From Eledone cirrhosa (taxonomy: Eukaryota): 64,000 nucleotides of DNA. The position numbers and the translations under genes are program-made. A model generated the notes under the pieces. The model worked only from the letters and a program-made list of their open reading frames with translations. It did no database searches and was not told where the DNA came from. The stretch's first letter is position 1. Each line of letters starts with the position of its first letter. This document shows positions 25,742-43,901 of the stretch, piece by piece. The stretch is taken from the NCBI GenBank assembly GCA_964016885.1, contig OZ024741.1:196230001-196294000 (forward strand), read 5' to 3'.

Positions 25742-26216
25742 TAGCTATAGCAAAACCTACCACATAAAACACAACAATAGTATTGATAAGCTTCAACAAG
25801 TAATCGAAAGTGAGACTAGTATATTCAATCTACCCCCCTAGAACTAGACATAACAAAAACTCTAGGAATAGCCATAGAAACACCCACCACACAGACATCA
25901 ACAATAAGAGTAAACAACATAACAATAGGATGTTATATCAACCACTTGAGCAAAACCCAACACACCAGAGACTCAATAAAATAAAATAAAAATCTAGAAG
26001 TAGAACATACCTCTGATATAATCCTGTCTTTAACTACACAATTAACACCAACCTATTCTTCGGTTTTTTTTTCAATCTAATAGATAAACATTTCCTTAAA
26101 TGACACAAATACCCCAAATCTTTTTTATAGGAAAACTATCAGATTATCGTACTCAACCACAATGAATCATGACGCGTACACAAAGAAGCTCAACAAAAAA
26201 TGTATATCCAAACATA

Positions 26217-26400
26217 ATTGTTTCTACTTTTGGCACAAGGCCAGCAATACCCAGTGCATTACCGGTACTTTATTTAATCAACCCCATAAGGATGAAAGGC
26301 AAAATTAACCTTGACGGGATTTGAACTCAGAATGGCAAGGGCCGTAACTCTATGCATCAAAGCATGGTGTCCGACCATCTACCGATACTGTCAATCCACA
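26217..26400 (-). mobile_element. Nin-type SINE
   Basis: Same family motifs as 11558. Confidence 0.75.
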
Positions 26401-27377
26401 AGACCCTAGCATAAATTCTAACAACAAACAACGCACAAGCTATTTCGCAACCGGCTAACCAACATAACACCGCAAACCTGCATAGCATAACCATCATCAC
26501 AACCTAATCCAACTCATACCACATATAAAAGCCTAGAACCCTTACATAGAAAAATGGTTAACTATAACTAACCCCAACCACATAGATGCCCCCTCCAGAA
26601 CAAATGCCCAGAAAGTAGTTTAGTATACCTATGCAGTATTAGCACTAGCAAATGCTATAAAAACTCAAAATCACAATCACTTTAGATAGCAAAATTTGGG
26701 AGTTAGAACAATGCGGATTAAAATACCAACTTACTTAGGCTAAACTTGGCACAGCCAATACATATAATCAAAGTACAAACACTTGTAATTTATGCAATCT
26801 AGAGTTATATTACATAATTACATGACTTATTAAATAGCAGGATCGAGCGTGTCTTCAACTGTAGACATAAAATTGCAAAAACATTCACATACTACCAACA
26901 AACCAGCCTAGATTCGATCCACTTACTATTCCATCCACACATACATAAAACCTATCTCTCACTCTATCTATCTCACAGACTATCTCATTGCCTCATGATA
27001 CCTTTCATGTACACTCTGACATCAGTGGTAGACATTAAGCTAAATCTTATAAAGATAACAATTCCTTATCTGTAAACCTATCAATGCACTCCTAAAAACG
27101 AAGAGATAAAAAAAAAACCAGGAATATCAACATCCGCATATGACAAATAACACTTTCAACCAATAGAACAAAACACTTTCAACCAATCAGCAGCCAGCAC
27201 CACCAAGCTTGACTTGCCATGCCCATCAAAAACTTTTAACCTTTCTATACACACATAGTTAGTCTTTCTCATTTTTTCCCTTTTTTTCTTTTCTTTCTTC
27301 CTCTTTTTTATATTTTTATGCCTCTCTTGTATATGTCTAGTCTTCTTCCCATCTGATTGCCTACCCATTTTCATATA

Positions 27378-27773
27378 TCATCATCATCATCATCACCGTT
27401 TTACGTCCGTTCTTCCACGCTAGCATGGGTTAGACGGGTTGTCCTGTTGTGTGCAGTGTCTGGTCGGCTGACCATGCCTTGCTCATACAGGAACTGATCT
27501 GGCTTGATTTCTACAGCTGGATGCCCTTCCTAACACCAACCTCATTTACAGTGAGTGCTGGGTGCTTTTTCGTGGCGCCTACACATCCACTTTACAGTGT
27601 GGGCTGGGTGCTTTTTTGCCGTCGCACCTCCACGACCACCTTGCGGTGGGGGGTGTGGGGGCATATTGTTTATATGCTTCAGCATGTACCCATGGGAGGT
27701 CGGGTACTCTGTATTACTGCGTGACGCCAGAAGTCACGGTCGTGTGTCATTGTCTTTGAGAGGTGTAATTGGG
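27378..27773 (-). mobile_element. RTE LINE 3' end fragment
   Basis: (cat)n tail, acgtccgttcttccacgctagcatggg, ggatgcccttcctaacacc. Confidence 0.75.
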
Positions 27774-27775
27774 TA

Positions 27776-28175
27776 ATATATATATATATATTATATCTAT
27801 ATAGAGATATAATATATATATATATATTATATCTATATAGAGATATAATATATATATATATATTATATCTATATAGAGATATAATATATATATATATATT
27901 ATATCTCTATAGAGATACAATATATATATATATATATATATATAATATCTATATAGAGATACAATATATATATATATATATAATATCTATATAGAGATAC
28001 AATATATATATATATATATATTATATCTATATAGAGATATAATATATATATATATATATATTATATCTATATAGAGATATAATATATATATATATATATC
28101 TATATAGAGATATAATATATATATATATATAATATATATATATATATATAATATATATATAATATATATATATAT
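27776..28175. repeat. AT minisatellite (atctatatagagatataat + (at)n)
   Basis: Direct inspection. Confidence 0.9.
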
Positions 28176-28179
28176 TTTT

Positions 28180-28790
28180 TTTATTTTGTATAGAAGGAGC
28201 TTCTACAGGACTAGTATTGTTTCATTCAGATGAAATCTTCAGGAAGCTGGGTGTCATATTAAGTTCTGGTATTTATACATTTAGGTAGTGGTAAGGGAGG
28301 GGTGGTGGCTGGGGGGGAGGGGATTTTTTTGGGTAGGATGGTATTTAGATACACAGGACCACAACATGACACAGGTTGTTTTTTCTTTGGGGAGTGGTCA
28401 ATTAGCCAGAGTGCTTTTTTTAAATAAATAAATAAGTAAATAAATAAATAAATAAATGAATAAATAGATAAATGAATAAATAGATAAATGAATAAAGAAA
28501 TAAAGAAAATAAAAAAAAAATAAAAAAATAAAAAAATAAAAAATAAATAAATAAAAACCCCAAGAATAGTAATTCAACAGATATATAGTAGGGAAATTTT
28601 TTTAGGTGGGTTTAATAGAAGATAAACAAGACCGAATCATGGCACAGACTGAGGTGAGTGGTCAAGTTAACATACAAGCCACAGGTGGCCAGAGTGTTTT
28701 TGTAGAATGGAAAGAATAAAATATATTTACATACTCACAACCACATACATAAACACTTACACACACATATATATATATATGCATACCTAT

Positions 28791-28823
<33 letters not shown>

Positions 28824-30272
28824 CGCGTGCACATATATATATATACACAAACACACACATATATATATATATATATATACATATATATACACACAAGAAA
28901 AAACACAAACACAAATATACACACACACACACGCATACACATACACACACATATATATATAAAAACACGCACTCGTTCACACACATACATGTGTCTATAA
29001 TATAATGGGAAAAGGTAGTGGGACAAATTTTAAATTTTAAACTGGGCCTGATAGAGGATTAAAATAATTAATATCACTACTAAGTTATTAATATTATCAT
29101 CAAGTAATTAATTACTATTTATTATTTACTATTTACCATTCACTATTCGTTACCTATCTTTTATCTATTCATTACCTAATCATTCACTCATTAATTAATA
29201 AATAAATGAATGAGTTAACTAACAAACAAACAAACAAACAAATAGATAAACAAATAAACAAGTAAATAAATAAATAAATAAATAAATAAATAGATAAATA
29301 AATAAATAAGTAAATAAAGTAACTAAATAAATAAATAAATAAATAAATATACAGATAAATAGATAAATAAATCACGAACGTGTGCGTGCAGCAGTTCATA
29401 ACTGCACGTATGCAAACATGAGCAGGTATATACGTGAATTTGTGTGTGCGGCCACGGAACTTTACTCAGAGGCATACAACACAGTATATAAGACCTGGAG
29501 GGGAGGAAAGAAGGTAATAATGAGAGATGGAGGGGAGGAAAGAAGGTAATAATGAGAGATGGAGGGACGGAATTGGGATAGGGGACGGGGGTGGGGTGGT
29601 GATATGGGGGTGGGGTCAGTCGGGGGGGGGGGGGGGGGGCGTCTGTAGTTTTTGTAATTTGCATAGTTCTTGTGCATGCAATTAGGGGAGTGTTCCGAGA
29701 TCTTGTTGAGGAGAGGGCTTTGGCGAATAGAATCTCATAGCTCTCGGAGATACAGAGGTCACAGCAATTATGGCCTCCCGTGTAGGATCGCGCTCTCTGG
29801 AGTAGTCTCCATTGGGTCTTGAAGGGGATGGAGTTCCTTTTAAGGTGCCAGATGTGGGCGGCGAGTGTAGTTTGGTTAGATTTGTCTGGGCGCCGGAACG
29901 AATGTGTGTGGGCGTACCAGCGAGTCTTAAAACTGTTAGAAGTCATCCCGATGTACGAGTTTCTTTTTTCATCGGGGCCTGAGAGTACATCGCATATATA
30001 GACGAGATCTTTTTTTAGACAGTTGTTGTTGAGAGGGCAGGTAGTCTTATCAGGGCAATTGCAATTGCCATCGGTTGCTGGATGGGCTTCGGAAAAAGTA
30101 GACTTATTTAGCTTCTTGATGTTATTGTTGGCTAAGTTCCTAGCTAGATTAGGTGTGGTAGAGTAAGAGAGTCTAATGGTATTCTTATTAAGGATTGTAT
30201 AGTACCTATGTTGGGTGGGGAAGTGTTTTTGTAAGAGAGTGAAGAAAATTTTAGCTACAGGTGTTGAAACTT
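28180..30272 (-). mobile_element. 5'-truncated Penelope-like element (GIY-YIG endonuclease and 3' region)
   Basis: HFP..HRYYTILNKNTIRLSYS, CNC...CPLNNNC..LVYIC, YIGMTSNSFKTRWYAH, TTLAAHIWHLK, CDLCISE. Confidence 0.85.
28198..28248 (-). ncRNA. Type I hammerhead ribozyme at the 3' end of a Penelope-like element
   Basis: Minus strand: agcttc-CTGAAGA-tttcatctgaat-GAAA-caatactagtcctg-TA-gaagct; stem I agcttc/gaagct, stem III aca/tgt. Confidence 0.8.
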
Positions 30273-30451
30273 ATATATATATAGATAAATAGAATATTTA
30301 CGTATCGAGAGAGAGAGAAAAGGAGGGATAGGTGATACATGTAGTTATTTGCCAAATAGTATATGCGGAGAGTGCTCAATACCAGTGCCGGCAGTGTTAA
30401 ATATTAGAAGTGTTAATATCTAGTGAGTGAGAGAATTAGCAGAGCATAAGC

Positions 30452-30845
30452 ACATGGAAAAGTAAAATATAGGAGAACAGACCCGGCTTCAATTGACCCC
30501 AGGGCAGGTTCAGCAAACAAACGTTGCATACCTGACCCTGTGCTTATCGACAATGGTAAGGTTGTAACCACATCTTATAACGGATAAAAAAAATTTGTCC
30601 GGGAAAGAATGCCCTAACACCAGCCAGAGTTACCTCCTTTGACCTACTGCAAAATCAAAACACACTTTTTTGCGAAGAATGAACTCCGACGTGAACTTAT
30701 CTCTAAAAACACATTCCGGGCCATGTAAGGAGCACTTTTTAGTTATTTATGCCCTTGAGAAGCCCATTCGGGCGAAACGTACGTAGGTGCTATTGTAAAT
30801 AAACATGTTTTAACGGTCTGTTCTCCTATATTTTACTTTTCCACG
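30452..30845 (+). repeat. Penelope-type pLTR with ~30-bp terminal inverted repeat and variant hammerhead
   Basis: ggaaaagtaaaatataggagaacagacc (~30456) versus ggtctgttctcctatattttacttttcc (~30815); cttgagaa-gcccattcgggc-gaaa-cgtacg-ta at ~30754-30785. Confidence 0.55.
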
Positions 30846-30989
30846 TATATATATATATATAAATATACATATATAATATACATATATAGATATATTATAC
30901 ATATATAGATATATTATACATATATAGATATATTATACATATATAGATATATTATACATATATAGATATATTATACATATATAGATATA

Positions 30990-31777
30990 CTAGCAGTGAA
31001 GCCCGGCGTTGCTCGGGGTCGCTCAGTAGCTGTGTTAAAGTTACAATGTTAAGTTTCTTTCTTGGCTTAAAAACTGTAGTGTCTACTGTGCAGACTTGCA
31101 TGTGGTGTTTTTGATTAATATTCCCTCAACCAACAATATGCCTTATGAAGTTAAGAAAACATAACGATAACCCGAATGTTATAACAAAAGAGGATGCTGG
31201 GGATAGAAACTGCACTGGTTATTTATTAACAAAGATCGAAAATGTAAACACTGCAACGCAGAGAAAAACATTAGCGTAACCAAATTATCAGTTATGTCTG
31301 TCTGCACGCCTATATCACCTCTCTGCACAACTGTCTGTCTGCACGCCTAACGACGAAATATTTGCTTGTTTTACGTAGTCTTTAAATAGACTTGTTTTCA
31401 AGTAAAAATATTGTTTTAAAATGCTTTTAAATGGAAATGAAGCAAAACGGAAGCTTAGTGTTCGAACTGATGAATTTTGCAGGTCAATATTTTGCTGGCT
31501 CGACAACTGTTAAAGCCAGCGTAATTTTTTACGTAAGACGCTCAATGTAAACAGAACAAAGGGAAATAACTGATAACTTACGCTCAAAAATCGATACATT
31601 ATATTCGATTTCGTCACATAGGGTGGGTCAATTTGAAATTTTTTTTTTTCCGATGTCTTCGCTAGGGCTCAATGTACAAGTATAGCAATTTCGGTGCAAT
31701 TCCGTGAGAGATTCTAAGAGGAGATGTGTGCCAAAAATCGATAGACAGACAGACAACCACAGTTTTATATATATAGA
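30990..31777 (-). mobile_element. Non-autonomous Helitron
   Basis: Minus strand A|TCtatatatataaaa...cccgagcaacgccggg hairpin..gCTAG|T; 5' TC, 3' CTAG, AT target. Confidence 0.8.
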
Positions 31778-31797
31778 TTTTACATATATATATATAT

Positions 31798-31915
31798 AAT
31801 TGTTTCCACTATTGGCACAAGGCCAGCAATTACCCAGTACATTACTGGTACTTTATTTCATCAACCTCGTAAGGATGAAAGGCAAAGTTAACCTCGGCGG
31901 GATTTGAACTCAGAT
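31798..31915 (-). mobile_element. 5'-truncated Nin-type SINE, followed by a ~90-bp RTE fragment (31925-32011, +)
   Basis: SINE motifs; agtagaaaagaggacaaaactctgattcc matches the reverse complement of ~39260-39290. Confidence 0.7.
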
Positions 31916-33228
31916 TTGAACAAGAGTAGAAAAGAGGACAAAACTCTGATTCCGTCAGGGAAATGGTCACGTCCGATATGCAGAAAAGGAACAGGCATAA
32001 ATTCTATAAATTGTAGGATTGATTGATATGCGGGGCACAATGTGTTTTTTACGGCCCTAGATATTCTGGGGAGTGAAATATTCTTGGCGTTTTTAATATT
32101 TTAGTATTTTAATATATTGATATCTGTTCTATTCTATGCTTGAACGATAATCATGTATGAGAGGGTAAGAATATTATTATTATTACTAATAATGTATATT
32201 TTATGTATATGTATGTATGTATGTACATATATGTACGGTAGAATCTATTTTAACGCAATGAAGCTTTTCATGTGAAATAAAAATTTACAGAGCTGTTCAT
32301 GTGGGCTCACATATGTCTATAATGTCAATTTGAGATAACCTTCTCTTTTTCTTTCTCTTTTTCTTTTTCTTCATGAAAATACATATATACTTATGTATTT
32401 CAGTATTATTTGAAGTTTTATCTCAGATTTTGATTGTAAACCTAAGAATGTTTAAACTAAACATATAGTCATTATTTTTTCACACATTATTGATATGTGT
32501 CTCATTCATGAATATTGATATTTACATTATAATTCATAGGAATTGATAGCCTGATGAAACATAATATTTTAAGACTATCATTTTTATTTCTAAGTATATC
32601 TCCTCTCTTCCTCCCTCTACATTTAACGGGACTTATGTATCGGCTGTTTTAACTCTATCTCCTGTATCTCACCCCTCCCCTATCTCTCCCACCTCGTATA
32701 ATAGATATTACTCGATCTACCTCTCCTTATTTATTTTTGTTTTATTTCTCCCCGTATCCTTAACACTAAATAAATAAATAAATAAATAAATAATTACAGT
32801 ACCCCCTTCCCTCATAAATCTCTCATTTGGGGTTTTCTCTTTACATACATTTCTTCATCTTCTTCACCTTCCGCTCTTCCTTTTCCTTTTTTTTTCCTTC
32901 TTTTTCTTTTTTCTTTTTTCTCCGTCTTTCTTTCTAACTGTCATTAACATTCTCACTACCATAACCACTTTTTAAATGGAAGTTATAAATTTTCCAAGGT
33001 ATGTCATATTTATTTATAAAACTGTTTATATATTGTATTTTGTCTGAAGAGGGCATACCATATTTTTAATATGCTATCCCTGAAATATATATAATGAAAT
33101 AAATATGGTTTTATAAATGTAGTTTCCATTTGTTTAATATCGTAAAATACTCCAAAATCTGTTGAGTGCTTTTATATCAGTTATAAAATATTTACTCGTA
33201 ACCCAACAATTTTAAATAAAATTTTTGC

Positions 33229-38330
<5,102 letters not shown>

Positions 38331-38465
38331 TTGAGCGATTGCAGACGTCTGTGTCAGGCTCGTCTGTCTTCGTGAAACCTTTGGTAAATGAAATAATTAT
38401 CTTATGTTGTTTATTACATAACTATATACTATGTTGTTTATTACATAACTATATATAATATACTT

Positions 38466-38507
<42 letters not shown>

Positions 38508-38542
38508 CATACAAATATATTTATATATATATAATATACATA

Positions 38543-41500
38543 TCATCATCATCATTTTACATCCGCTTTTCCCTGCTTGCAAGGGTGGGACGGGTCCTAT
38601 TCAGCACGGCATCTCTCCACTTGTCACGGTCCTACGTCATCTCCACCGTAAGTTTCAGCGATCTGAAGTCTGCTCTCACCACCCCCGCCCATGTTTTTCG
38701 TGGTCTTCCTCTACTGCGTTTTTCCTTCTACTGTGATTTCTTGGCACTTCTTTACTCAGCGGTCATCCTCCATGCGCATCACATGCCCATACCATCTCAG
38801 CCTCCTCTCCTGCACAACACAACTTATCCCTCTTATACGCAGTTTCTTTCTCAACTCGTCTATGCTTGGTCGTTCAGGCACATTGATATTGCACATCCAG
38901 TGGAACATGCTTGCTTCATTTCTCTCCAGTCGTCGCATATCCTCTGCAGTTGCTGCCCATGTCTCACTACCATGCAGCATCGAGTATCTCAAACAGGCAT
39001 CATATAACCGTCCTTTCGAATGCAGGAAGAAACCCTTCTTTGTCAACAGAGGAAGCAGCTCCCTAAACTTCTTCCAACCCACCCTTATTCTAGATACTAT
39101 GGCCTCAGAACACCCCCCTCCCATGCTAATCTGATCACCTAGGTACCGGAAGCGATCAACCACTTCTATAGAGCCCACCTGCATTGATCTGCATTGTGTA
39201 CATTTTATGGAATTTATGCCAGTTCCTTTCCTACATATCGAACATGGCCATTTCCCTGTCGGAATCAGAGTTTTGTCCTCTTTTCTACTTATCAACACTT
39301 TTGTCTTAGCTATGTTCACTCTGTCCTCTTGAATCCAACTGCTGTTTCCATAGCCAGAAGTTATTCTCTAGTTCCTCTACTGATTCTGCTATAAGAACCA
39401 GATCGTCAGCATAAAGAAGCTCCCATGGACAGCCAGTCTTAAACTCCTCTGTTATGGCTTGGAGGACTATAATGAACAAGAGCGGGCTGAGGACCGAACC
39501 TTGATGTACTCCTACTTGTATCTGGAATTCCTTACTAAACTCAATTCCTACCCTGACTTTACTGACAGCACCTCTGTACGAAGTTCGCACTGTCCTCATA
39601 AGCCATTCCTCAACACCTAGTTTCCTTAGGGACCACCAGATGACAGATCGGGGTACCCTATAAAAGGCCTTCTCTAGGTCAACAAAGGCTAAGTATAGTG
39701 GCTTATTTTTCTCTAAGCACCTCTCTTGTAATTGTCTCACCAAGAAGAGGGCATCTGTTGTACTTTTCCCAGGCACAAAACCAAACTGCATCTCATCTAG
39801 TTTGACCCTTTCTCTAATTAGTTCTGCTAATATCCTTTCTGCCACTTTCATAACCTGATCCATCAGTTTTATACCCCTATAATTGCTCCTCTCCAGAGCA
39901 TCCCCTTTACCTTTTTAGCAATTTATGAGAATACTGCTGCACCAGTCTTTGGGTATGACACCACCATATATAGCCTGATTGATGATGCGTGCAACCAGTT
40001 TAGTGCCTACGTCCCCTGATGCCTTCAGCATGTCAGCAAATATCCCCGATGGTCCAGCAGCCTTACCATTTTTCATTTCCTTAATCACCTCTTGGATCCT
40101 ATATTCGTCAATCTCAATAGCTGGTCCCCCTGTCGGATCTACTGAGGGTAATTTCTCTCTCTCCCATTTGTTCTCCACATTCATCAGTCTCTCATAATGA
40201 CAATTCCAGGCCTCCTTTTTCTGATCATTCGTGACACTAAGTACACCGGCATCATTTTGGACACATTTATCTCCAACAACATCCTAATTTGCATTGACAC
40301 ACTGCCTTGCAATATGGAACACCACACGCCTCTGATCTTCCCATCGCAGAACATTGGCAAACCTCCTACTCTCAGCCTCCCTGTGTGCTAAGTACACCTG
40401 ACATCTAGCTTCTCTCTTAGCAGCTGTATATCCTTCTCTTCTCCCACCCTTTTTTCCAAGCCTTCTATGCTAGTCTTTTGTCTCTAATGGCCCTATCTAC
40501 CGTACTGTTCCACCACCAGGTCACTCTCTGTCTGGTTGGAGCCAGCCACAAGTTTCATCAGTAGCCTGCAGTAAGTTGTCACCTAAGAAATTCCAGTTAT
40601 TATCTATGTCATACGACTCTAAATCGTCTTCTTTTTCATCATACACATCTTGAAGGGCTTTCCTAAATTTGTATTTTAGTGAAAGGTCTTTTAGCTTCCA
40701 GACCTTTCTTCTCCACACCTTCCTGTATGTCTCATTCCATCCCTTGCTTGCTGAGATATCACTAACGACTAACCTATGCTGTGGGGTACATTCTTCCCCA
40801 GGGTATGCCTTGGTATTTTACACCATCTGCCTGCCCCGCTGCCTAACTAGTAAGAAGTCAATCTGGCTTATGTGCTCGCCTGATTTGTAGGTTATTAGGT
40901 GGTTGGCCGGTTTCTGGAAGTTAGTGTTGCAAATAGTCAGTGTACTTGCATCACAAAATTCAAGAAGTCTCACTCCTTCATTTCTTGAGCCGTAACTGTG
41001 CCCACCATGTACTCCAGTGTAACCATCCTGGATCTGTCCAACATGACCATTGAAGTCCCCTGCTAGCATAACGATGTCTCCGTCCTCTGTGATTGCGGCC
41101 GTTTGTAAAAGTTGCTCATAAAAGCAGTCTTTCTCTTCTTTGCCTAGGCCTGCTTGGGAAGCATAGGCAGAGATGATTGTCAGTCGTCTCCTGCCTACAA
41201 CTAATTTAAGCTTAATTATTCGATTATTAACTCAAACTACCTCTATTGTCTTATTGATCCATCTCTCAGCCAGGAAAATGCCTACTCCCCCTAACCCATC
41301 ATCCTTACCTACCCAGAAAAGCTTATAGCTAAGATGTTTGACTGCGACTAGTCTCGCAGAGGCACCTCTCCATCTCACCTCTTGCACGCAGCACACATCC
41401 ACATGTCTTCTCTCCAGCATCTCCACTATTTCACCAGATCTATGACCTGTGAGAGTGCTGTTTTGGCATTGATACACTGGTTGGATGCCCTTCCTAACAC

Positions 41501-41620
41501 CAGTGCCACTTTACAGCATGGACTGGGTGTTTTTATTCGTGCAACCAGCACTAGAGAGGATATCTTACTGGACTCATGGGCCCTCTCTACCCCTCCATTT
41601 TACAGCATGGTCATAACAAA
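38543..41620 (-). mobile_element. Near full-length decayed RTE LINE (diverged subfamily; APE and RT)
   Basis: CCVQEVRW, AGDFNGHVG, SQIDFLL, QFGFVPGKSTTDA, LAFVDLEKAF, GVHQGSVLSPLLF, LLYADD; many frameshifts. Confidence 0.9.
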
Positions 41621-41730
41621 AAAAAATATATATATATATAAGCTTTTCTGGGTAGGTAATGATGATGGGTTAGGGGGAGTAGGCATTTTCCTGGCTGAGA
41701 GATGGATGAATATATATATATATATATGAT

Positions 41731-42062
41731 GGAGGCACATGGCTTAGTGGTTAGAGCATTGGCCTTGCAATCGAAAGGTTGTGAGTTCAATTCTCAGACC
41801 GGGTGATGTGTTGTTTCCTTGAGCAAGACACTTTATTTCACATTGCTCCAGTTTACTCAGCTGTAGAAATGAGACTGGAGTACCTATCATTCCACTGCAA
41901 AAGTGGTTGTGGAGGTGCCACGGCAAAAAAAGCACCCAGCACTCACTGGAAATGAGGTTGGTGTTAGGAAGGGCATCCAGCTGTAAAAATCAAGCCAGCA
42001 TCAGTTCCCGTCCCACCCTTGCAAGCAGGGAAAAAGCGGACGTAAAATGAAATGATGATGAT
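41731..42062 (+). mobile_element. tRNA-derived SINE (Meta-like central domain) with RTE-derived tail
   Basis: A box tggcttagtgg, B box gagttcaattc, ccttgagcaagacact core; tail matches the LINE end at 38543-38593. Confidence 0.85.
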
Positions 42063-42085
42063 ATTGATATATATATATACATATA

Positions 42086-42896
42086 TCTATAATATTATAA
42101 AGCTGAGTGTTGTGTGTATGTATTATGTATGTATCCTACACACCTCCCTATAGTTTCTTAGCTTTACTCTCTCCGTCGCTCTTCCCTCTCTTTATAATAG
42201 ATCATTCCCCGTCTCTATAATTTAACTGCTTTACTCTCTCTGTCGTTTTTCACTCTCTAATATTATAAAGCTGAGCATCGTCTCTCTCTCTCTCCCTCTT
42301 TCACCCTCTCTATAATTTAACTGCTTTACTCTGTCTCTCTTCACTCTCTATATGACAACACTCTTTTACTTTCTGTATCTACCTTCAATATATCAATATA
42401 TACCCAGGTTCTGCTGCACATCGGGCTGAGGGGGCCAAACTCCTCAAATACCGGTTGCTCTCCGACAGGTTTGCGGTCGTACCCCTGGCAGTGGAGACTT
42501 TTGGTGTCTTCGGCCCCAGGGCTGCCTCCTTACTCACCACCATAGGCGCTGAGCTGGCCAGTGCAGGTGTGAGCCCCGCGAGTTGGCGTGGCTTTTCCAG
42601 TGCGTCTACCTTGCCGTCCTCCCTGGAAACGCCTTCTCCATTCTGTCCGCTGCGGTTGTGGTTGGGCCCCATCGCTACCGTTGTAGTTGTTGTATACAGA
42701 TATTAACTCACCAATCCCATTATTTATATCATATAGCAACATAGAGATGAGCGTCGTATGTATGTTTATTTCAAAAGGATAACCTCCTTCAAATTCGGTC
42801 AACACACAGGCAGGTAATACATACATCAAAAGGCAACCCTCTGAGAGAGACAGAGAGTGAAAGAGACAGATTAGGAAAGCTACACACACACACATC

Positions 42897-42931
<35 letters not shown>

Positions 42932-43309
42932 AACAGAGGGATGGGCAAGCAGATAATACATACATCTAAAATCATTTGGATACAAATATCATAATATAAT
43001 GGTTGCAGAATGAAAATACAGACAAATGTAATAATGTATGTATCCCACACACGTTTTCTGCCATCGCTCGCATAACACACACAAACTTTCACACCTGATT
43101 TCGCCAATTGCCGGATAACATCAAAACACACAGACACACACATGCACATACACACAAACACACACACATACACAAACACATATCTATACTTTATATGTAT
43201 GTATGCATGTAAGATTATTCCCCCTCTCTATAATTTAACTGCTTGACTCTCTCTGTCGCTCTTCACTCTCTATATGACAACACTGTTTTAGTTTCCGTAT
43301 CTCCCTTCA

Positions 43310-43357
<48 letters not shown>

Positions 43358-43444
43358 TCGGAAGGACAATGTGACACGGGAGGGTGTGTGGTATCATTGC
43401 AGTGGAGTGGTGAGGGCAGGTATATCTAGCTATGGGCCAGCTAG
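42086..43444 (+). mobile_element. Probable non-autonomous Helitron carrying a non-LTR endonuclease fragment
   Basis: A|TCtataatattataaagctg...agCTAG|T; internal ataatttaactgcttt repeats; subterminal hairpin weak. Confidence 0.6.
42400..42680 (+). pseudogene. C-terminal restriction-like endonuclease fragment of a CRE-type non-LTR element
   Basis: PGSAAHRAEGAKLLKYRLL..FAVVPLAVETFGVFG.RAASLL..IG, then QCVYLAVLPGNAFSIL (cf. QR.S.A.QRGNA..IL). Confidence 0.75.
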
Positions 43445-43449
43445 TATAG

Positions 43450-43780
43450 ATCATTTCATTTTATGTCTGCTTTTCCCTGCTCGCAAGGGTGGGACGGGAA
43501 CTGATTCTGGCTTGATTTCTGCAGCTGGATGCCCTTCCTAACACCAACCTCATTTACAGTGAGTGCTGGGTGCTTTTTTTGCCATGGCACCTCCACGACC
43601 ACTTTTGCAGTGGAATGATAGGGACCCCAGTCCTATCATCACATTTCTACAGCTGAGTAAACTGGAGCAATGTGAAATAAAGTGTCTTGCTCAAGGAAAC
43701 AACATCACCCGATCTGAGAATTGAACTCACAACCTTTTGATTGCAAGGCCAATGCTCTAGCCACTAAGCCATGTGCCTCC
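43450..43780 (-). mobile_element. tRNA-derived SINE (same family as 41731)
   Basis: Reverse complement of the 41731 copy. Confidence 0.85.
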
Positions 43781-43843
43781 GTATATATAATTATTATAAA
43801 ATAACAGGAGGCTGGACTGGTGTAAATCCTTGAAAGGTTTATT

Positions 43844-43901
43844 ATACTATGATCATTTCAATGACCGGGTTCAGTATGAATCCGGTGATATCATCAGGTA
43901 T
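43844..43901 (-). ncRNA. Type I hammerhead ribozyme (repeat 1)
   Basis: Minus strand: atac-CTGATGA-tatcaccggattcatactgaacccggtcatt-GAAA-tgatca-TA-gtat. Confidence 0.82.

Larger units (their letters stand above)
24485..27100 (+). mobile_element. Decayed Penelope-like element (RT thumb and GIY-YIG), interrupted by an RTE and a SINE
   Basis: YRDDA, NFLDVMLNL, YISHQSNHP..IIKSI..RISHLSS; later CPLQNKC..LVYLC and CNLCNLE; right end approximate. Confidence 0.75.

Noticed and set aside
33038-33090. Hammerhead-like CTGAAGA..ggg/ccc..GAAA-tatata
   Set aside because: Stem I does not pair convincingly; counted only as a degenerate remnant
41731-41810. tRNA-like sequence with A and B boxes (also 43700-43780 and 52013)
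   Set aside because: Poor acceptor stem and continuous with a SINE body; SINE head, not a tRNA gene
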